Shown here: in pieces, positions 25,245 to 32,000 of the stretch
How the letters are laid out: the number at the start of each line of letters is the position of its first letter
Position numbering within the stretch: position 1 is the first letter of the stretch
NCBI GenBank assembly: GCA_041659405.1
Contig: JBAZYK010000006.1
Span: 1 to 32,000, forward strand
Length of the DNA stretch: 32,000 nt
Origin: Candidatus Altimarinota bacterium
GTDB taxonomy: Bacteria > Patescibacteriota > Gracilibacteria > UBA1369
Reading direction: 5' to 3'
Translations under genes and position numbers: made by a program
Notes under the pieces: generated by a model
What the model was told of the DNA's origin: nothing
Databases searched by the model: none
Seen by the model: the letters and a program-made list of their open reading frames with translations, nothing else

Positions 25245-26651
25245 ATGCAGAAGGCAAAAATAGGATTAATCGGACTGGCAGTAATGGGCGCAAATCTGGC
25301 TAGAAACATTGCCGATAAAAAAATTCCTACAATTGTTTACAACCGCACCAGTGAAAAAACATTAGGGTTTGTTGATCAATACGGAACCCAATATTTAAGA
25401 GGAGAAACCACTCTGGAAAAATTCGTTCAGGAGATTGAAAAACCAAGAAAAATTATTGTTATGGTTAAAGCCGGCGCGGCCGTGGATGAGCTAATTGAAC
25501 AGCTAAAACCTCTGCTTGATGCCGGAGATATTATTATCGACTGTGGAAATTCCTACTACAAAGACAGCGAAAGAAGATTTGCGGATTTGCAAAAAGTAGG
25601 CTTACATTTTTTTGGTTGTGGAGTTTCCGGCGGAGAAGAAGGCGCTTTGCACGGACCAAGTTTAATGCCGGGTGGAAGCCAAAAAGTCTGGAAACAACTT
25701 GAACCGATTTTTAAAGCGATTGCCGCCAAAGATTTTAACGGCAAACCTTGCGTGACCTATTTGGGCGAAGGCGCCGCCGGTCATTATGTAAAAATGGTTC
25801 ATAACGGAATTGAATACGGAATCATGCAAATAATGGCTGAGGCATACGATCTTTTACGAAAAATGTACAAGCTGGAAGCTCCCGAAATCGCCAAAATTTT
25901 CAAAAAATGGAATAACGGGAAACTGGATTCCTATCTTTTTGAAATCGCTTCCAAGATTTTAGAAAAAAAAGACGATCACAAAAAAGGCTATCTGATTGAT
26001 TACATTTTAGATGTCGCCGAACAAAAAGGCACCGGCGCCTGGACCAGTCACGACGCTTTGGACAAAGGGATTCCCCTTTCCACCGTCACCGAGTCGGTTT
26101 TTGCCCGCAATCTTTCCACTTTCAAAGAAACCAGAGTTGCCTTAGGTAAGCTCTATCCGACCAATAAAAAAATGAAGAAACCGGCCCAGGCAAAATTCAT
26201 CGCGCAACTGGAAAATGCTTTATATGCGTCAATTTTGAACAGTTACGCTCAAGGATATGAATTGATTCAAAGTGCTTCCGCTTTTCATGGTTGGCATATT
26301 AATTTGGCCGAAGTTTCCCGCATTTGGGAAGGTGGCTGCATTATCCGTGCCAAAATTTTAAATTTCCTCCACAAAGCTTATCAAAAAAATCCAACTAAAC
26401 ATTTACTGGCGATTCCGGAAGTCACCACCGCGCTCAAAAAAAACATTCCCGATTTGGAAATTATTGTCAGTCTGGCCGCTCAAAACGGCATACCTGCTTT
26501 AGGCCTAAGCAGCGCGCTTTTCTATTTCAGATCCATGACTTCCGCTCAAAGTTCAGCCAATTTTATTCAAGGTTTGCGCGACTTTTTTGGAGCACACACC
26601 TACGCCCGCACAGACCGAAAAGGATTATTCCATGCAGATTGGACAGAATAA
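25245..26651 (+). CDS. gnd: 6-phosphogluconate dehydrogenase (decarboxylating)
   Basis: 468 aa. 'KIGLIGLAVMGANLARNIADK', 'IIDCGNSYYKDSERR', 'GVSGGEEGALHGPSLMPGG', 'YVKMVHNGIEYG'. Confidence 0.97.
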   Translation: MQKAKIGLIGLAVMGANLARNIADKKIPTIVYNRTSEKTLGFVDQYGTQYLRGETTLEKFVQEIEKPRKIIVMVKAGAAVDELIEQLKPLLDAGDIIIDCGNSYYKDSERRFADLQKVGLHFFGCGVSGGEEGALHGPSLMPGGSQKVWKQLEPIFKAIAAKDFNGKPCVTYLGEGAAGHYVKMVHNGIEYGIMQIMAEAYDLLRKMYKLEAPEIAKIFKKWNNGKLDSYLFEIASKILEKKDDHKKGYLIDYILDVAEQKGTGAWTSHDALDKGIPLSTVTESVFARNLSTFKETRVALGKLYPTNKKMKKPAQAKFIAQLENALYASILNSYAQGYELIQSASAFHGWHINLAEVSRIWEGGCIIRAKILNFLHKAYQKNPTKHLLAIPEVTTALKKNIPDLEIIVSLAAQNGIPALGLSSALFYFRSMTSAQSSANFIQGLRDFFGAHTYARTDRKGLFHADWTE

Positions 26652-26752
26652 AAAAACGCACTTCACTAAAAAGCTACTCCAGCCAAACCTGCGACATTAC
26701 AAACCAAAAATCGCACACTCAACCAACAATCGCACCTTCAAACCAACACACC

Positions 26753-28240
26753 ATGAATTTATTTCACATTAAAGATCCCTTCATTTTAACCATCTTTGGC
26801 GCCAGCGGTGATCTTGCCAAAATCAAAATCTTCCCTGCGCTCTACCGTTTGATGGAACAAAAAAGATTTCCCAAAGATTTTTATATTGTTGGATTTGCCC
26901 GTTCCACCAAAACCGAAAAAGAATTCAGAAAAGAGTTTTACGAATCCGTAGCCGGCAGAATAAAAAGTGAAAGCAGCAAAATGAGTTCAGAGCTAAACAA
27001 AGCCCTTCTTAACGAATTACTTGATCGCGTTTTTTATTTTCAGGGCCAGTATGATCAAAAAGAATCATTTGAAAAATATCGTGAATTTCTAAAAAAATTG
27101 ACCGCCAAGTCGGCAAAAAGAGTCAGCGCAGCAGATGCCAAATCAGGGGCAAAAGGCCTCATGCACATCGCCTATTGTTCGGTTCCACCTCAGGCTTTTA
27201 AATCGATCATTCAAAATCTTGGCGAAACCAAAACCGCCACAGATGAAAATATTCGCCTGGTAATAGAAAAACCTTTCGGCCAGGATCTTGAATCCGCCAC
27301 GGATTTATTCCACTTTATGGCGCGCTATTTTGATGAAAAACAAATTTATCTGCTCGACCATTATCTTGGAAAATCGGCTGTCCAAAGCATTCTTTACCTA
27401 AGGCATTCCAATCGCATCCTTAACCACATGATGAAAAGTTCGCAGATTGCCAATATCCAAATCACGGCTTTTGAAGACACCGGAGTCAGCAATCGCATTG
27501 GTTATTTTGAGCAGGTTGGAATTATTAAAGACATGATTCAGTCGCATCTTTTGCAGCTTTTGGCGCTTGTTACAATGTCCATTCCCATCACCATGATGGA
27601 CGACAGCCTGCACCGCGAAAAAAATAATATTCTTTCTTCGCTGATTATTCCCAAATCCAAAAACAACATTGTTTTAGGCCAATATCAAAGCTACAAAAAG
27701 GAAACAAACGTTCCAAAAGGCTCAAAAACCGAAACTTTTGCGGCACTGCGCCTTTTTATTGACCGTGAAAGCTGGTACAAAATCCCGATTTACATTCGCA
27801 CCGGCAAAAAACTTCACGAAAAGCACACTTACATCACGATTGAATTTAAAAAATTCAAATTTCAGGATAAAAACGAACAGCCAAATGTGCTGATCATTGA
27901 GCTCTATCCCGAAGAAAAACTTAACCTGAAACTTTTAAACCAGAACGGCTACGGTGAAAAAAATTATAAAGTTATTACAACTTCCGACTCGATTGCCTGC
28001 ACCGGAGATGACTGTTTACCCGAACATGGATCTTTATTGCTGGACGTCTTCCGCGGCAACAAAATGCAGTTTTTAAGCTTTCCGGAAATTATTGCCAGCT
28101 GGAAAATCACCGAAGAAATTATCAAAACCATTAAAGAAGAAAAAATCCCCGTGGAAATTTACAAAGACGATTCTTCCGGACCAGAAAGCCAGAAAAAGAT
28201 TAACGCTTCCGACCATTTCCGCTGGTGCGATCCACATTGA
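26753..28240 (+). CDS. zwf: Glucose-6-phosphate 1-dehydrogenase
   Basis: From MNLFHIKDPFILTIFGASGDLAKIKIFPALYRL. 'RLVIEKPFGQDLESA', 'IYLLDHYLGKSAVQ', 'KPIYIRTGKKL'-like 'IPIYIRTGKKLHEK'. Confidence 0.95.
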   Translation: MNLFHIKDPFILTIFGASGDLAKIKIFPALYRLMEQKRFPKDFYIVGFARSTKTEKEFRKEFYESVAGRIKSESSKMSSELNKALLNELLDRVFYFQGQYDQKESFEKYREFLKKLTAKSAKRVSAADAKSGAKGLMHIAYCSVPPQAFKSIIQNLGETKTATDENIRLVIEKPFGQDLESATDLFHFMARYFDEKQIYLLDHYLGKSAVQSILYLRHSNRILNHMMKSSQIANIQITAFEDTGVSNRIGYFEQVGIIKDMIQSHLLQLLALVTMSIPITMMDDSLHREKNNILSSLIIPKSKNNIVLGQYQSYKKETNVPKGSKTETFAALRLFIDRESWYKIPIYIRTGKKLHEKHTYITIEFKKFKFQDKNEQPNVLIIELYPEEKLNLKLLNQNGYGEKNYKVITTSDSIACTGDDCLPEHGSLLLDVFRGNKMQFLSFPEIIASWKITEEIIKTIKEEKIPVEIYKDDSSGPESQKKINASDHFRWCDPH

Positions 28241-28252
28241 TTTAAAATCCAT

Positions 28253-28951
28253 ATGAGAATCAGAATATTTAGCAGTGAAAAAAAATTCATCAATGAGAGT
28301 GTTGATTTCATCAAAACCCTTTGCACCTCCAAAGAATACAAATACTCTGCGAAAAAAATTTCCATTGCCCTAAGCGGCGGCTCAACACCTGCCCCAATCT
28401 ACAAAGATTTGGCCCGGGAAAGCCTACCTTTTGATAAAATCGTTTTTTATCAGGTTGATGAACGATACGTTGATCCTACTCATCCGGATTCAAACCAGAA
28501 AATGATTCGTGAAATCATGGGAGACGAATTAATAAATACACATTTTTTTGATACCACCATTCCCATTAACGAATCATTAACGGAATATGAAAAAATCATT
28601 AAAAAATTACCAAGTCAAAGTTTTGACTTAGTGATTTTAGGAATCGGACCGGATGGCCATTTTGCCTCTATCTTCCCCGAAAGTCCTCTTTTAAAATCAG
28701 CCGGAAAAGATCAACTGGTCGGCCACACGCAAACCAATGCCTTTGCCGTAAAAGATCGTTTAACCCTGGCCCTAAAACCGATCCTCAAAAGCAAAAACAT
28801 CCTCGTGCTTTTAAAAGGAAAAGAAAAACAGGAAATCATTACCGAACTCCAAAATAAATCGACCCCAACCCCAAAAGATATTTCGCGATTCCCCGCTCTC
28901 GCCCTAATAAAACACAAAAATTTAACCGTTTTCTTCTGCGAGACTGACTGA
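28253..28951 (+). CDS. pgl: 6-phosphogluconolactonase
   Basis: 232 aa. 'ISIALSGGSTPAPIYKDLA', 'KIVFYQVDERYVDPTHPDSNQKM', 'DLVILGIGPDGHFASIFP'. Confidence 0.92.
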   Translation: MRIRIFSSEKKFINESVDFIKTLCTSKEYKYSAKKISIALSGGSTPAPIYKDLARESLPFDKIVFYQVDERYVDPTHPDSNQKMIREIMGDELINTHFFDTTIPINESLTEYEKIIKKLPSQSFDLVILGIGPDGHFASIFPESPLLKSAGKDQLVGHTQTNAFAVKDRLTLALKPILKSKNILVLLKGKEKQEIITELQNKSTPTPKDISRFPALALIKHKNLTVFFCETD

Positions 28952-28961
28952 CAAGTAAACG

Positions 28962-29333
28962 CTAATTCCATTGAGCACTCCCAGCACTCTTTCCGAAAAT
29001 AATAGTTGCATCCTTAAATTTCCGGTGAACACCTTCACGAATCAGCTCAGCGCGAGCCGCGCCATATTTTCCAAGATCACGTAAATGCTCCAAACGAAAC
29101 TTTACCAATAAAGAATTGGACCTTTCACAAACAAACTTAGCATCACTGGAATCAAATCCAATAATAGTCACAAGCTCGTTTCTGTCAAAACCGCCTCTTT
29201 CAACATAAACCTTTTTACCGACCGTAACATCTTCAGGATTTAGCACAAATCTGTTACGCTCTGCAGAATCTGAATCCAAAGCCCGATCTATATCATCCAA
29301 TTCGTAAGGTGACAGTTCAACATCAGGACGCAT
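28962..29333 (-). CDS. Hypothetical protein
   Basis: 123-aa ORF, charged, plausible coding composition. Co-oriented with the next two minus-strand ORFs. Confidence 0.5.
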   Translation of the reverse strand: MRPDVELSPYELDDIDRALDSDSAERNRFVLNPEDVTVGKKVYVERGGFDRNELVTIIGFDSSDAKFVCERSNSLLVKFRLEHLRDLGKYGAARAELIREGVHRKFKDATIIFGKSAGSAQWN

Positions 29334-29388
29334 TATCGATTAAGTTAAGTATTTCCCGAAATACCATTTTTAAATAAACAGGGAAATA

Positions 29389-30285
29389 TTATATATCGAT
29401 ATCGAATTTTGTCAAACCAAGACTCCTAGTCTGCCCCGCAATATCAGATATATCCTTAGAAACACCTGCCTCAAACTTTTTAACGAAATTTATTCGCATG
29501 GAATTATGATAATCGATGACCTTTTTTCCATATTTATTTAGAACGAGTTCTCCATCATTACCTCTTAAATATTCATCTCTATCCTTATCAAAAACGTACA
29601 AATCTGCACACAACTTTAAATTTGGATCACCCGCTAAAACTCTTTCTAAATTCTGCTCATCTTCTGTTGTTTGTGGCCTATAATCATTTTTCCAAAGCCA
29701 ATAAATAACATCTAGCTGACCAACTTCTGCCGTCAACGCCACTGCGCTATTCTCTACCCGCACGGTACTTTGAGATAATTCCTGCATAAAAGCTTCTCCC
29801 GATTTTAAAAGCGCATCCGCAAATCCTTGCTGCCTATACTCAGGAACTGTATAGCGATCTGTTAATTTAAAGTTTTCGTTTCCAAGATCAATGAAATCCA
29901 ATCCACAAAGACCTTGCGAACCTAGACTTAATCTAAACTCAATTTTGATGCTATTTTCACCATTTGCCGTATCAGTAACCCTTACTTTATTGGCTAAAAT
30001 TTTTAAATCGCTCTCTTCATCAAGAAGAGTTTCCCCTAGAGTAAGAACCTTTCTAGTCAGTGTTCCAATTTTTTTATATTTTAAGCCTTTGGGCGAGAGG
30101 TTACCATCAGTGTACCTACCCACCATTTCTTTGCCAAAAATTTTAAATTTTTCAATTAAAGCAGGAGTAAAAGGAAATTTTTCCTTTTTTTGAGGAGGCG
30201 GATTCAAATCCGCACCGCACCCTTTATATTGAGCGATTACATCAGCGAAACTGGGAAGAGATTGCATTTTTTCGGGAGTAGACAT
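29389..30285 (-). CDS. Hypothetical protein with a GNAT-like segment
   Basis: 298 aa. 'LTDRYTVPEYRQQGFADALLKSGEAFMQEL' resembles the acetyl-CoA binding motif of GNAT acetyltransferases. Confidence 0.5.
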   Translation of the reverse strand: MSTPEKMQSLPSFADVIAQYKGCGADLNPPPQKKEKFPFTPALIEKFKIFGKEMVGRYTDGNLSPKGLKYKKIGTLTRKVLTLGETLLDEESDLKILANKVRVTDTANGENSIKIEFRLSLGSQGLCGLDFIDLGNENFKLTDRYTVPEYRQQGFADALLKSGEAFMQELSQSTVRVENSAVALTAEVGQLDVIYWLWKNDYRPQTTEDEQNLERVLAGDPNLKLCADLYVFDKDRDEYLRGNDGELVLNKYGKKVIDYHNSMRINFVKKFEAGVSKDISDIAGQTRSLGLTKFDIDI

Positions 30286-30293
30286 ATTTTTTT

Positions 30294-31040
30294 TTACTTG
30301 AAGATTGAAGCGACACTTTCTCTGATTTTTCTTAAAATGGATTCCGCTTTCTTCCCCTCACTTCCCTTCTCAATTTCTGTTCTATGCCATTTCCCAGTCG
30401 GAGAATTTTTTTGATTAAAATACTGAAGTCCTTTTGCAGCTTCAGGATCACCTTTTTCCAAAATTTTCTTCCATTGCCCAAGTAATCTTAGGGCATTATC
30501 ACAATGAGCACTACATGGAGTAAAAGAAGGAGGACGAAAATCTAATTGCTCGGAATATGATTTTCCTGAACGAAATAATTGCATCAATTCAAAATCGAAA
30601 TTCGAAATAATTTTTTTAGGCGAAAAAGATTTTCTAGCTTTAAGATTTTTTTGGGAATGAATGTACTCTTCTGTACAACATTCAGGGTATCCCAAAAACT
30701 TGCCATTAATTTTGTGAGACTCACTATAATTAGCCCCTTCAGGAAGAACAAGTTCACTCCTATAACAATCAGAAATTATTTCAGGTGAAGCAACTTCATA
30801 TATTGGGTCTAAACTATGTGGATCGTTGGTTTGTATGGCTTGTAATCCTAATTTTTCAACCAATTTCAAAAAAGTTTTATGATTACCTCCAATTATGGTT
30901 CCAGGTTTAACTCCTTCAGCCACTAATAAAAGTTGAGCACGATCCAACCCATTCAAGGCTTTCCAATCAGGAGATTCATAAACATCCTTATGTTTAAGCT
31001 CAATTTCATCTGTCGGCTTCTCTAGTTTTTCGACCATAAA
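30294..31040 (-). CDS. DUF483-like protein with paired Cys motifs (likely start at internal Met MVEKLEKP)
   Basis: 'KINGKFLGYPECCTEEYI' and 'FRPPSFTPCSAHCDNALRLLGQW'. Conserved-looking GYPECC and PCxxxC motifs. Confidence 0.55.
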   Translation of the reverse strand, partial: FMVEKLEKPTDEIELKHKDVYESPDWKALNGLDRAQLLLVAEGVKPGTIIGGNHKTFLKLVEKLGLQAIQTNDPHSLDPIYEVASPEIISDCYRSELVLPEGANYSESHKINGKFLGYPECCTEEYIHSQKNLKARKSFSPKKIISNFDFELMQLFRSGKSYSEQLDFRPPSFTPCSAHCDNALRLLGQWKKILEKGDPEAAKGLQYFNQKNSPTGKWHRTEIEKGSEGKKAESILRKIRESVASIFK

Positions 31041-31253
31041 TAACTTTAAAAGTATCTTGTTATTATACAACAATATATACGTCAAAGCAAACTAAGCACT
31101 CCCCCAAGAGTTTATGGCTTACTGCAGCCAGTGTACTTTTTCCGGATCTTAACAGCGCAACATTCTTCAATGTGTAAAGAGACCGGCGAAAATAGCGAAG
31201 AAGCGCATCCAAAAACGCTTGGAATAAAAAAAACAAGCCCGCACCCCCTACCC

Positions 31254-32000
31254 TCAAATCATCCCCTCGATCTGCTTCTTTATCTCCGGAATTCCAACCA
31301 TCGTCACCGTCGAAACAAAACATGGCTTAAAGGCCTTATATTTTTTGGCCAACTCTTTGCACTTTTTTTCGATTTCTTTTTTTGTATGTCGAGCCGCCAA
31401 TAAATCCAACTTATTAAAAACGTAAATCATGGGCTTGTCTGCGACCTTAATTTTCTCCAAAATATCATGCACGACCTTCATTTTATCCTCCATTTTTGGA
31501 TCGTTCAGGTCGATCACATGCACCAAAAGATCAGCTTCAATTGTTTCTTCCAATGTGGATTGAAAAGACTTAATTAAAGTCGCCGCAAGATCCTGAATAA
31601 AACCAATTGTGTCCGAAACAAGCACTTCTTTGCGCTCTACTCGGCCATCATCAAAACTCTTTTCAAAATATAATTTCCCAACACGCGTATCCAAAGTGGC
31701 AAAAAGTTTATCGGCCGCGTAAGCGCCTTTATGCGTTAAAGCATTTAACAAACTCGATTTCCCGGCATTGGTATAACCAATAATTCCAACAGTTTTTAAA
31801 TTTTTGCGACGACGACCTTCACGGTGCAATTTACGCACACGTTTACAGTCCTCCAATTCTTCCAAAATTCGATCTTCATGTTTGGAAAGATGCCTTTTCA
31901 TTGTTTCCAAATTGGTTTCACCTGCACCGCGCGTTCCGATTCCACCACCCTGACGAGTTAACTGCATACCCATGCCATAAATACGTGGCCCCATGTGCCG
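31254..32000 (-). CDS. hflX: HflX GTPase (partial; 5' end beyond the window)
   Basis: 'TRQGGGIGTRGAGETNLETMKR', P-loop 'GIIGYTNAGKSSLLNALT', 'LFATLDTR', 'LVSDTIGFIQDLAATLIKSFQSTLEE', 'VFNKLDLL'. The frame stays open to the window edge. Confidence 0.93.
   Translation of the reverse strand, partial: RHMGPRIYGMGMQLTRQGGGIGTRGAGETNLETMKRHLSKHEDRILEELEDCKRVRKLHREGRRRKNLKTVGIIGYTNAGKSSLLNALTHKGAYAADKLFATLDTRVGKLYFEKSFDDGRVERKEVLVSDTIGFIQDLAATLIKSFQSTLEETIEADLLVHVIDLNDPKMEDKMKVVHDILEKIKVADKPMIYVFNKLDLLAARHTKKEIEKKCKELAKKYKAFKPCFVSTVTMVGIPEIKKQIEGMI

Noticed and set aside
26639-26752. 38-aa N-terminal extension of zwf in the ORF track
   Set aside because: Overlaps the end of gnd and lacks conservation. 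The Rossmann-fold start 'MNLFHIKDPFILTIFGASGDLAK' fits G6PD starts.
31063-31323. 86-aa minus-strand ORF overlapping the end of hflX
   Set aside because: Overlaps the conserved HflX C-terminus in another frame and has no recognisable homology. Probably non-coding.
56-32000. Alternative genetic code with UGA read as Gly (as in Gracilibacteria/SR1)
   Set aside because: UGA ends zwf, pgl and the helicase at positions matching expected protein ends, and conserved proteins are intact with the standard code.

Overview
AT-rich, gene-dense bacterial window. The gene content and protein style suggest a Candidatus Patescibacteria/CPR-like genome; this is inference only. The left 12.4 kb looks like one minus-strand operon. 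In transcription order it holds two stand-alone receiver-domain proteins, a 273-aa membrane-anchored Ig-like protein, a 3212-aa repetitive surface protein, and a PAS-PAS-HisKA protein with no recognisable HATPase domain. The giant protein carries three long super-repeats (2019, 2013 and 2028 bp) with internal order B1-B2-A-A-A. It shares its N-terminal membrane module and its C-terminal Ig-like/TM module with the 273-aa neighbour. The rest of the window encodes an EamA-type transporter, a deoxyhypusine-synthase-like protein, a TrmB-like regulator divergent from a 36-cysteine protein, a DEAD-box helicase with a long Ser/Arg/Ala-rich N-terminus, a putative lipoprotein, glutamine synthetase, a threonine-synthase-like enzyme, an oxidative pentose phosphate cluster (tal-gnd-zwf-pgl), several unknown small proteins and a partial HflX GTPase. 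A structured, transposase-free inverted-repeat element lies just upstream of tal. I saw no CRISPR array, rRNA or tRNA. The strongest candidate for an undescribed system is the giant surface protein/mini-anchor/two-component-like operon.
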